64,000 nucleotides of DNA, from contig CBDHEY010000002.1 in NCBI GenBank assembly GCA_965262305.1, positions 657,135 through 721,134 of the forward strand, read 5' to 3'. The notes beneath the pieces are model-generated. The model saw only the letters and a program-made list of their open reading frames with translations. It was not told the DNA's origin and did no database searches. A program made the translations under genes and the position numbers. Position 1 is the first letter of the stretch. The number at the start of each line of letters is the position of its first letter. Shown here in pieces: positions 27,801-35,240 of this stretch. The DNA comes from Cellvibrionaceae bacterium (lineage in GTDB: Bacteria > Pseudomonadota > Gammaproteobacteria > Pseudomonadales > Cellvibrionaceae).

Positions 27801-30126
27801 AAATGTTCTGTGCTTTTCGTTGTTGAGCTTCCAACAACTGTTGCTTATGAGCTTCAAATGCTTCGTAAATTTCGTCTCGTTTAGCGAGTATATCTGCTAA
27901 AAATTGATCAAATTCACTGAATTGACTTTCTAATTCTTCTAATTGAACGAGAAGCCTTGAGAGTTGTTCATCGCATTTTTCTGGGGTTGTAGCCAGGCCC
28001 AAGGCGTTATTGATACTTTGTGAAAATAGTTTGAATTGTGCGGAGAACTGTGCGATCGCTTCGTCGGAACCCAGTGCTTTGCGTTTATTTTCGGTTTTCG
28101 CTCTGCATTGATTTAGTTTTGCATAGACTTCTGAAATAGCATCAATGATTTGTGTTCGAATGGTTGAATCTTCAATTTGAATTGTAGTCATTAATTCGGA
28201 AATTAAATCTAGCGCAGACGCGGTTGACTCAATTTCTTCTAATATCGGCTCAATGCTAGCTTTAGTTTTGGATTTATCTAGTTCTTTCGTAAAGGAATCT
28301 ATTTTTAATAGATAAGGTTTGATCGCCTCAGGGGAATTTAAAAACTGGACCGTTTTTTGTGAAAGGTTTTCTTCAAAAATTTTAAGTTCTGAATCGAGAG
28401 AGGCGATCCTTTCTTTATCAATATAACGATATTCAGAAATAGTTGCCAAGTGTCCGCGTTGTTGTCGTATACGCTTTAATGCTGCTACATAATCTCCAGT
28501 GTCTTCCCAGTTTTCCGGTCGAATGTGAGATTGAATGTCTTTTTGAGTTTTCTCTGCAGTGTCGAGCGCTTCTGCAGATTTTGCTTGAATAGATTGAATT
28601 TTTTCAAACTCGTCAATTACTAATTCAGCAGTTTCGCCGACGTCTTGCAAGCAGTTTTTTATTTCACTTGTTTCGTCTGAATTTAACCAATAATAACTAT
28701 CGAATAACTGTCTCGAATTTCTTGCCAGCTCTTCATAAAGAAAAGCTGTCACTTTTTGATTTTCAATCGCACGACAAATACTTAGTAGGTCAGATATCCC
28801 TCTTACGAGCTCCGCATTACCAATACGCCCATAAAAATTTTGCTTTTGTGGAATTTTAGCGGCGAACTCATCACTTATATAGGGAGTTTTCCAAACTTGC
28901 ATAGGATGAACCCGTGTAGGTTCATTTTCTGCCGTGAAGATAACGAGTGTTCCATCATCTGCAAGGGCATAACCGTGTCCATAGATAGGATTTTGTAGGG
29001 TCTTGTTTATCAGGTTGTAGGTTAAGAGTCCAACTATTCCATCTTCTGGTTCGTAAAAAATATATAAGACGTCTTCACCATTAGGCGATCTAATTGTGCG
29101 CTTATAAGTAAGAGAGCTATTATTAGCTTCAAATTTTTTGTGTTCTCCTGTTTGTAAATAATATCCACCAGGAAAGATTACACCATGATCTTCTGGAAGC
29201 TGCACGCAAGACTGACCTAATTCATCAATTCTAACCACTTCTTTAGTTAGTTTATTGAAAATTAAGTATCGCCATTGTTCCTCGCGATATGGTAGGACCT
29301 TAATTAGAATTAACGAGCCAACTGTGGCGTATGCCATTTCTGCATCATCTAAGGATTGTGTCTTGTCTTCCACTGGCTCGTTGTATATTCCTAGGCCGTC
29401 TTCCGTGTTGTTTTCTACCTTGACCGTTAGCGTTCCGCCCACAGTTTCAACAAAGACTTCATCCTTAATATTTGCGTGGGGGTGACGGCCGTGGATAGTG
29501 TCTTCTCTTGTTATGTTCTTCCATTCAAAGTCATTTTTAGGGGGCAGTTGTAAATCTCTTTCACCGCGGTTGTCGATATATTCAATTTTTTTTCCATCCG
29601 GTGATATGCCCCAGCGAAACACCCGAATATCTTCTATACGATCGCCAATTTGAAACCCTGCGAGTAATTTCCCATTTTTATTTACCAGTTGTAGAAGTTT
29701 TGCTTTTTTGTAATATCGATATAATTCAGAAAAATCATTCAGAAACCGAGTTTCGTATAGAAACGTTTGGCCTAGAGGTATCTCTTCTAAACTAGTTTCG
29801 TCAGCATCGAGTAGTTTAACAACCGAGAAAACATCTTCAACTTTGGTTTCTTTTTTGAGTCCGATGAACACGTTGTATCCGAATATCAATAATTCACCGG
29901 CTTGTACGATGTCTCTTGCAATTGAATTATTTCCGGTTCTAATACGGACTCGGCCTATAATAGCAAGTTCAGTACTGCCAAATTCCTTTAAACGACTTTG
30001 GTTTAAATTGTTACTTAGTTCACGAAGTTTTTTTCCTTGTTCATCTAAGCGTCTGCGGATAATTTCATACGCGCCACCTTCGGCTACGGCATTATCGATA
30101 ATGTTGCTGCTATTGTCGGTTTCCAA
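24859..30126 (-). CDS. Giant (1755 aa) multidomain protein: beta-rich N-terminal domain, ~800-aa coiled-coil region and C-terminal AAA_5 (MoxR/McrB/dynein-type) ATPase
   Basis: Single uninterrupted ORF. Walker A ISPPGYGKTTL, Walker B VMLYLDDIQH and an AAA_5-type sensor/Arg region VVMAGNPYTEAGEAFKVPDMLANRADI, all near nt 25840-26270. Long heptad-rich stretches fall between residues ~450 and ~1250. The N-terminal ~450 aa are rich in beta-strand-type sequence (YIFYEPEDGIVGLLTYNL...). Confidence 0.75.
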   Translation of the reverse strand: METDNSSNIIDNAVAEGGAYEIIRRRLDEQGKKLRELSNNLNQSRLKEFGSTELAIIGRVRIRTGNNSIARDIVQAGELLIFGYNVFIGLKKETKVEDVFSVVKLLDADETSLEEIPLGQTFLYETRFLNDFSELYRYYKKAKLLQLVNKNGKLLAGFQIGDRIEDIRVFRWGISPDGKKIEYIDNRGERDLQLPPKNDFEWKNITREDTIHGRHPHANIKDEVFVETVGGTLTVKVENNTEDGLGIYNEPVEDKTQSLDDAEMAYATVGSLILIKVLPYREEQWRYLIFNKLTKEVVRIDELGQSCVQLPEDHGVIFPGGYYLQTGEHKKFEANNSSLTYKRTIRSPNGEDVLYIFYEPEDGIVGLLTYNLINKTLQNPIYGHGYALADDGTLVIFTAENEPTRVHPMQVWKTPYISDEFAAKIPQKQNFYGRIGNAELVRGISDLLSICRAIENQKVTAFLYEELARNSRQLFDSYYWLNSDETSEIKNCLQDVGETAELVIDEFEKIQSIQAKSAEALDTAEKTQKDIQSHIRPENWEDTGDYVAALKRIRQQRGHLATISEYRYIDKERIASLDSELKIFEENLSQKTVQFLNSPEAIKPYLLKIDSFTKELDKSKTKASIEPILEEIESTASALDLISELMTTIQIEDSTIRTQIIDAISEVYAKLNQCRAKTENKRKALGSDEAIAQFSAQFKLFSQSINNALGLATTPEKCDEQLSRLLVQLEELESQFSEFDQFLADILAKRDEIYEAFEAHKQQLLEAQQRKAQNIFDAAERILASIDRRILKFKEQDELNTYFASDALVLKINEMVDQLNSLSSSVKADDISAKIKHLKDNAFRSLRDKADIYEDGGKVIKLGPRHRFSVNTQELDLTIIPRNNQLYFHLSGTDYYELVTDIALNNLSDFWDLNIESESPHVYRAEYLAYQILKSPKSNKLGALINDEKLLLSHVRDFATPLYKEGYEKGIHDFDAAQIIKAIYPVLTNAELLKFDPESRAIAQIFWANIKYVTRLKQNTKLSDSQLSYETWRDRSITASQMRDIFASNMAKNLLENEIESALNEFIGKHSIDITSITIRRSAEYLTEELSRDRMEFVSSKYARELVDQLKLEMSETAWRKLQTSLEKMLGWPAERWQLTEAWLKALVADKSLKHLERYIPEAIALINTEERIERRNTEIDLKTTASGLLGNHETIQNQSLKFDLDEFLLRLETHATETVLGYRNYLHCRQKLINQEKSNLRLDQYKPRPLSSFVRNRLVNESYLPLIGDNLAKQMGTVGENKRSDLMGLLMMISPPGYGKTTLMEYVANRLGLIFMKINCPSLGHDVLSLDPSQAPNATAKQELLKVNLAFEMGNNVMLYLDDIQHTHPEFLQKFISLCDGTRRIEGVWANETKTYDMRGKKFCVVMAGNPYTEAGEAFKVPDMLANRADIYNLGDILGGMDEQFALSYIENSLTSNAILAPLATREMSDIYKLIDLAKGKNIVTSELNHQYSVAEVNEITSVLKKLFVIQDVILKINLEYIASAAQDDKYRTEPPFKLQGSYRNMNKMAEKVSSVMNENELQQLIEDHYLGEAQMLTTGAEANLLKLEELRNQFSDKSRVRWEQIKEDFMRNKAMGGDSADIGGRVVAQLIDLANNISTLTEVAKSTASNDMQKAGIRELQQIEASLRKLSTAQEKTTPNTTNIEVVNQPVPGIDKILNTLAKTIEESIFPLVRSMDKKLEIDLRTHDKMQQVLEELRKIDVETTSTQQTFNS

Positions 30127-30214
30127 AACTGTTTTCCTTCAAAAAATGACTATACTTTGGTCCGAGAAATACTCAACAAGTAAATAGTGAGACAGAAATT
30201 TCTCTTGGTATAGC

Positions 30215-30754
30215 TTAGACTCTATAAGGGTCGTCCGATATTAAATACGCAATGATTTCAGCTTTGTGGTTAGATGATTGAACTATTGATCGCATAGCTT
30301 TTATTTGCTCAAAGTTTTCTTCAAACTGTTTTTGATAAAGTTCTTCGAGCATATCAGTCGTTTTAGCCTCCCGAACTTTTCTTTGCCAAACATCTGTAAA
30401 TATCTCGTTAAGTTTCAACGATAATCCACTATTTTTGAGTAGTTCCCACTCGCCATGATCCAACCAAATGGCATTTCTACTTGGGCTCAGATCCAAGCGA
30501 TGTTCTGTGGAAGCGGCTATTCTATATTTAATCATGAGATTTCCAGATTCAGGGCACAGTAGCGCCCTGTTTGACTCAGTAGCTTCAATCTCGAAATCAC
30601 CTACTTCATCCCTGATAGAACTTTGTTCCTTCCATTTCAGATAGTCCTGTAAATATAAAAAATTACCTTTACAGTTTGAACATCGCTTAGTGGGTAGAAA
30701 GGGTTCTAGAAAATGGTTAACCAACTTACCTTTGTTACAGCTAGTGCATTTCAT
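30215..30754 (-). CDS. Zinc-ribbon protein (zf-TFIIB-like C4 ribbon at the N-terminus plus a second, Cys-depleted copy)
   Basis: N-terminal C-x2-C...C-x2-C (CTSCNKG...CSNCKG). A second module, LLCPESGNLM...AIWLDHGEWELL, resembles the GvWlD.gEl zinc-ribbon tail but lacks three Cys. Confidence 0.55.
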   Translation of the reverse strand: MKCTSCNKGKLVNHFLEPFLPTKRCSNCKGNFLYLQDYLKWKEQSSIRDEVGDFEIEATESNRALLCPESGNLMIKYRIAASTEHRLDLSPSRNAIWLDHGEWELLKNSGLSLKLNEIFTDVWQRKVREAKTTDMLEELYQKQFEENFEQIKAMRSIVQSSNHKAEIIAYLISDDPYRV

Positions 30755-30769
30755 TTTAATCGCTCGTTC

Positions 30770-31009
30770 TTACAACCCGAATTTGGACTTGATTTCGCTA
30801 ACTCGCTGAATCATAGTTTGGTCCAGGTCTTTATCATTGAGCCTTGATATAATATTGCTTAGAACACGTTTCTCGTTCTCATCAACTACACCATCTCGCA
30901 GCGCAACGTCTACGAGGCCGTTTAATTCATCTACATCTAGCTTGCCATCATCTGCAAAACAATTGATAGATTTGAATGTCAGCTCTAAATAATCGCGTGA
31001 TTCGCTCAT
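30770..31009 (-). CDS. Small acidic hypothetical protein (79 aa; TerB/DjlA-N-like repeat character)
   Basis: Tightly packed between the flotillin and zinc-ribbon genes (15-16 bp gaps). DGKLDVDELNGLVDVALRDGVVDENEKRVL pattern. Confidence 0.4.
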   Translation of the reverse strand: MSESRDYLELTFKSINCFADDGKLDVDELNGLVDVALRDGVVDENEKRVLSNIISRLNDKDLDQTMIQRVSEIKSKFGL

Positions 31010-31025
31010 TTTGTTCTCCTTTTTC

Positions 31026-32975
31026 TTAAGGTTTTTCAGGTGTGTTTACATTTTGTGTGCCATTTTTAGGTTCCATAAACTTGGTAAGCAGAGCGTTGAT
31101 GGTGTCACTTTTTCCTGCTAATCCATCTATTGCTTTACCGATGGAAAGAGATTTCGCGAAATTGTTGAAGAAGTGATCTTCTCCGCCAACGATGTCGATT
31201 TTCGCTTTTTCAAGAGCTGTTGCAAGTACTTCGGCATTTTCTTTAGCAATGTTCTCTCCGGCATCTATTGCTGCAAGTGCTTCCTTCAGAGCCGTTTCTA
31301 AAGACATTCTAAACTCTTCGTGTTCTCTCGCTTTATCACTCATACTATTCATCGCATCGAATTTTTCTGTTAGTCCATCAGCTTCTGCTTTGAATTGTTC
31401 TCTCGTAACCTCGGCTTTAGCAGTACCAACTTGCTTCTCTGCTAGTGCTTCAGATTCTCCCTTCGCTGCGATTATTGATGCTTCTGCAAAACCTTCTTTT
31501 TCTTTTGCTGTTGCTTTGGCTTCTAAAACCTTTGCCTCTGCAATGCCTTCTTTTTCTAACGCATCGGCTTTAGCTTCTTGTATTTTTGCTTCAGCCAACC
31601 CGGGCGCAGCCACTTCTGCCTGAACTCCTTCTGCAAGTCGCTTCTTGGAATCGGCTTCTTTCGCAGCAGCATCAAGGTTTGCTTGGGCTATTGTAATTAT
31701 CTCTGCTGATTTGTGTTTCGCCGCTATTTCTTCAGCCTCAGCAGCTTTTATTTGTTTAACCTTTTCTTCTTCAGCTTTAGCTTCTGCATCAAGTATTTTT
31801 ACTTGTTTTTGACGGTCTGCTTCGGAAACTTCTCTAACCTCATTTATTCTTTCTTCTTCGATTGCAACTGTTTTATCAACAGCAATTCGTTCTCGGATAA
31901 CATTGGCAATTTCTTTCTTTTTAACTTCGATCGCTTTTTCAGCTTCAATGCGTTGAAGTTCCACTTCCCTCTCACGAGATACAATTTCAAGATCTCTTGC
32001 TCGAGCTACTTTTTCTTGTTCAATAGCAACTGCTCTCAATCGATTTTGTTCAGCAACTTCGATTTCACGCTGTTGGTTTTCTTTCTGGACGGAAAGGTCT
32101 TGATTAACTGAAATAGTTGTTTCTTCAGATTTCTTGCGTTCTTCTTCTTGTACTTTAATAGTTTCAGCTTCTTCTCTAGCTTCAATCGATGCAACTTCAC
32201 GTGATTGTCTAGCAATGGCATCTTTTTCTTGCTTGTCGAGTTCTAGAAGAGCCTCTTTGGTCTCGACATTCTTTTTAGTTATAGCTAGTTCTTCGTCTCG
32301 CTCGAGAATATTTGTTCTCACATTTTGGGTTGCGGTAAGTTCGGTAATCTTTTTTATACCTTCTGCGTCCAAAATATTGTTTGGATCTAGATCGGATTTT
32401 GGTGTTTGTTCTAAATAATCAATTGCAACATCTTCAAGAACATAACCATTTAGATCGTCACCAATAACCTGCACTATCTTCTCTCTGAACTCAAGGCGGT
32501 TTTCAAATAGTTGTACGAATTCGATTTGTTTTCCCACCGTTTTTAACGCTTCGGAGAATTTAGCATTAAAGAGTTCGTTAACCGCTTCCTTGTCTGAAGC
32601 TCGGGCAGCTCCAATGGATTTAGCAACTTTTAAAACATCTTCTGCAGTTTCATTTACTCTTAGGTAAAATGCTACGGTGATGTCAGCTCGCATATTGTCT
32701 GCACAAATAAGGCCGTCTTTACCTCTGCGATCAACTTCGAGCGTGATAAGTGAAATTCTCATTAACTCTTTTTTATGAATTACCGGCCATACTAAGGATC
32801 CTGTAAATGTGACCTTTGGTACTGACTTCATAGTGTTTACAATAAGCGCAGTACCTTGTTCAACCTTAATATAAAAAGCTTTAAATACTGTGATAATCGC
32901 CATTAGTAAAATAAATGCTACGACGATTATTGCGGCGATAAATGCTACCCCGGAAAGACCTGATAATTCGGCCAT
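31026..32975 (-). CDS. Flotillin-family SPFH/band-7 protein (YqiK/FloT-like) with a long E/A/K-rich coiled-coil tail
   Basis: N-terminal TM helix. SPFH domain. An extended EA-rich coiled coil (EAEKAIEVKKKEIANV...) with internal imperfect repeats (KEGIAEAKVLEAKATAKEKEGFAEA). 649 aa. Confidence 0.85.
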   Translation of the reverse strand: MAELSGLSGVAFIAAIIVVAFILLMAIITVFKAFYIKVEQGTALIVNTMKSVPKVTFTGSLVWPVIHKKELMRISLITLEVDRRGKDGLICADNMRADITVAFYLRVNETAEDVLKVAKSIGAARASDKEAVNELFNAKFSEALKTVGKQIEFVQLFENRLEFREKIVQVIGDDLNGYVLEDVAIDYLEQTPKSDLDPNNILDAEGIKKITELTATQNVRTNILERDEELAITKKNVETKEALLELDKQEKDAIARQSREVASIEAREEAETIKVQEEERKKSEETTISVNQDLSVQKENQQREIEVAEQNRLRAVAIEQEKVARARDLEIVSREREVELQRIEAEKAIEVKKKEIANVIRERIAVDKTVAIEEERINEVREVSEADRQKQVKILDAEAKAEEEKVKQIKAAEAEEIAAKHKSAEIITIAQANLDAAAKEADSKKRLAEGVQAEVAAPGLAEAKIQEAKADALEKEGIAEAKVLEAKATAKEKEGFAEASIIAAKGESEALAEKQVGTAKAEVTREQFKAEADGLTEKFDAMNSMSDKAREHEEFRMSLETALKEALAAIDAGENIAKENAEVLATALEKAKIDIVGGEDHFFNNFAKSLSIGKAIDGLAGKSDTINALLTKFMEPKNGTQNVNTPEKP

Positions 32976-33002
32976 GTTGTGCTCCTTAGTTACAATAATG
33001 TA

Positions 33003-33656
33003 TTAGTTAGAATTGAATTCGTTTTCAGAAATTACTGAATAGGTTCCTGATTCTTCATGTCTTTCGAGTAACACTACCTTGTCTCCTTTGTTGAATATTT
33101 TATTGTTTCGGCTTCTCACTCTTAGAAGTAATCCTGCTCCGCCGTCTTCGAGAATAGCTTCTCCAAATTTGTCATCAACACGGCTGGACCTAACTACTGC
33201 AACTTGGCCAATAACGTGTTTTATTGAAGGCGCTTCCATTTGTTTAAAAAGCTTCCTTAAGGGTTTGATTACAATTGTTGTAATCAGAACCGATATATAA
33301 AAAACGCATGCCATAATTCCAATGCCTACAACGAACTCTAGCGTGCGACCCGGAATAAAAGGGTTTATTAGTGCGACGGCAATATAACAGAGTATCCATC
33401 CTGTAAGTGACAAAATGGTGATGATGATAGGTAGAGGCACTCCATTTAATCCTATCTTCATAAGTACGCCACCGATCCCGCCTATGTTTCCTTCCGCTAT
33501 TTCAATTTCAAAAGCATCTATATCAAAAACCCCGAGTATCGATACAAGCCAGAATAAAACACTAAACCCCAAAAAAAACGTAAAAACAACTGTTGGAAAT
33601 GAGCTAATGTTGTTGTAGAACGGGCTCATCCCTTCATGTAATAAAATTGCAAACAT
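33003..33656 (-). CDS. NfeD/YqiJ-like membrane protein (flotillin partner; C-terminal OB-fold)
   Basis: Several TM helices followed by a C-terminal soluble beta-domain (GDKVVLLERHEESGTYSVI). Immediately upstream of the flotillin gene, as in yqiJK and yuaFG operons. Confidence 0.7.
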   Translation of the reverse strand: MFAILLHEGMSPFYNNISSFPTVVFTFFLGFSVLFWLVSILGVFDIDAFEIEIAEGNIGGIGGVLMKIGLNGVPLPIIITILSLTGWILCYIAVALINPFIPGRTLEFVVGIGIMACVFYISVLITTIVIKPLRKLFKQMEAPSIKHVIGQVAVVRSSRVDDKFGEAILEDGGAGLLLRVRSRNNKIFNKGDKVVLLERHEESGTYSVISENEFNSN

Positions 33657-33726
33657 GTCACACCCTTAACAATGGTTATTGAATTGGGCAATATTAATCG
33701 CGCACGTCCATTGTGCAAAGTAGAAA

Positions 33727-34413
33727 CTATTTTTTGTTTTTGATTCTCTCTAGCACACTTGAAGCGTCTGTGCCTTTGGGCGCGATTCCAGCTTCTTCAA
33801 GTTTAACCTGAAGGTCTTTATCTTCGAATTCGTCAGCAAGCTCGGATGCGGCTTTCATTTTTGCGGCTTTCATTGCTTGTTTTTCTTTAATGCGTTCTAG
33901 TGAATCCATAGCTGTTCGAAGCTTTGAGTTGGAACCGCTATGCCTCTCCGCGACGGCTTCTTGAGCCCGCTGCACGCTTTCAGTGGCTTTGACTGTGTCG
34001 ACCTGTTGCTGCATACGTTTGATGTTCGTTTCAGCTTGCTTAATCGATAAGCGCAATTGCTCTGCTTGCGCATGGAAACCTTTTATCGCTTGATCTTCTG
34101 TTGCTAAATTATTTTCCAGATCGGCAATTTTTTGAGCGATCTCTAACGCTAGATTTTCATCATTTTTATCGAGCGCTTGGGAAGCATAGTCTTCGTATTC
34201 GCTAATTTGCTTTTTTATCGAGCTAAACTTTTCCTCACCTATTTTTTTGTGTGCGATGATCGAAGCTAAGCCTTCCTTACTGTTTTTAACTTCTTCGGAC
34301 GCATCTCTTAATTCTTGATCCAAAATTCTGAGTGCCTGACTATCCGTAATTGCTTCGCCGGCTTCATTAATTCCGCCTCTAAGAGCTGTTATCATCTTTG
34401 CCCAAACATTCAT
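33727..34413 (-). CDS. PspA/IM30 (Vipp1) family protein
   Basis: 228-aa all-alpha coiled-coil protein. N-terminal MNVWAKMITALRGGINEAGEAITD fits the PspA amphipathic helix region. ESCRT-III-like heptads throughout. Confidence 0.8.
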   Translation of the reverse strand: MNVWAKMITALRGGINEAGEAITDSQALRILDQELRDASEEVKNSKEGLASIIAHKKIGEEKFSSIKKQISEYEDYASQALDKNDENLALEIAQKIADLENNLATEDQAIKGFHAQAEQLRLSIKQAETNIKRMQQQVDTVKATESVQRAQEAVAERHSGSNSKLRTAMDSLERIKEKQAMKAAKMKAASELADEFEDKDLQVKLEEAGIAPKGTDASSVLERIKNKK

Positions 34414-34425
34414 TTTAATGCTCCT

Positions 34426-35058
34426 TTATGCTGTTACTTCTGCAGATAAATTTAAAAATTCACTATAAGCCTCTGTAGCTTGAATAACGTTAGAAGCTAA
34501 AACTTCTATTTCAAGTATCACATTGCTAATTAGAGATGATGCGCTCAACGCCCCGAACATGTGGTAGTGATCTGGATGCCCTTTAACGCTCTCCAGGCAA
34601 ATCGTTGATAGTGGAAAATACTTATGTGTTTTAAGTACCGCCTCGTTAAAGCTGGCTTTATCAACCACGTCTTCGATTGACCATAGAACACATTCAACAA
34701 TGATTTGGTCACCAACAACAGATAAGTAAACAGGTAAATCGCCAAATTCTCGCATTTCGATTAAAAGGCTTGGTTCTATGCCATTTATGAGCTCGATTCT
34801 AGCCTGTCCAGTTCTAAATAGTGCTTGTTCTTTGAGCTCTTTAAGTAGTTCCACGGTAGTCCACGATTTTGTAACACCTTTCATAGGTTCTTCTCCTAGT
34901 TGCTGTTTTAAACCTTCCGCGGTCCGCAATTTCATCTCAAGTTTTGAGAGTGTTTTGCTGTGCTGTGGGAGAACCCAGACTTCCTTTTTTATAAGTCCTT
35001 GCTCGCGCAGTCTTTTGCGGTATTCGCGTTGATAATGTGCTGAAGATTTCGCTTTCAT
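34426..35058 (-). CDS. YjfI-like (DUF2170) domain protein with a basic N-terminal extension
   Basis: The C-terminal ~130 aa (LPVYLSVVGDQIIVECVLW...FNEAVLKTHKYFPLSTICL...MFGALSASS) fit the DUF2170 pattern found upstream of pspA-like yjfJ in E. coli. Residues 1-60 are Lys/Arg-rich. The family assignment is from memory. Confidence 0.5.
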   Translation of the reverse strand: MKAKSSAHYQREYRKRLREQGLIKKEVWVLPQHSKTLSKLEMKLRTAEGLKQQLGEEPMKGVTKSWTTVELLKELKEQALFRTGQARIELINGIEPSLLIEMREFGDLPVYLSVVGDQIIVECVLWSIEDVVDKASFNEAVLKTHKYFPLSTICLESVKGHPDHYHMFGALSASSLISNVILEIEVLASNVIQATEAYSEFLNLSAEVTA

Positions 35059-35075
35059 GAAGTTACTCTATAGTA

Positions 35076-35130
35076 TTACATGTGATTTTTCAATAAATTA
35101 CATGTAATTTTTATAATTATTACATGTGAT
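35076..35130. promoter_or_regulatory. Three copies of a palindromic TTACATGT(G/A)AT motif at exact 22-bp spacing upstream of the flotillin/PspA island
   Basis: Copies at 35076-35086, 35098-35108 (ATTACATGTAAT, a perfect palindrome) and 35120-35130. They lie 18-72 bp upstream of the first gene of the eight-gene minus-strand cluster. Confidence 0.5.
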
Positions 35131-35240
35131 AATTTTTTACTGTTTGGATAGAAGTCTAATTTATTGATTTTAAAGAACTTTATTTTTTGGGAGCTGGCGA
35201 TGGTTTATGCCATCGCATGAATGGATTATGACAGGAGGTT

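Noticed and set aside
31192-32418. Long plus-strand ORFs (143, 132 and 94 aa) rich in Ser/Ala/Phe opposite the flotillin gene
   Set aside because: They are antisense shadows of the E/A/K-rich repeat region of flotillin (GAA/GCT repeats read in reverse). They have no start context and extreme low complexity.
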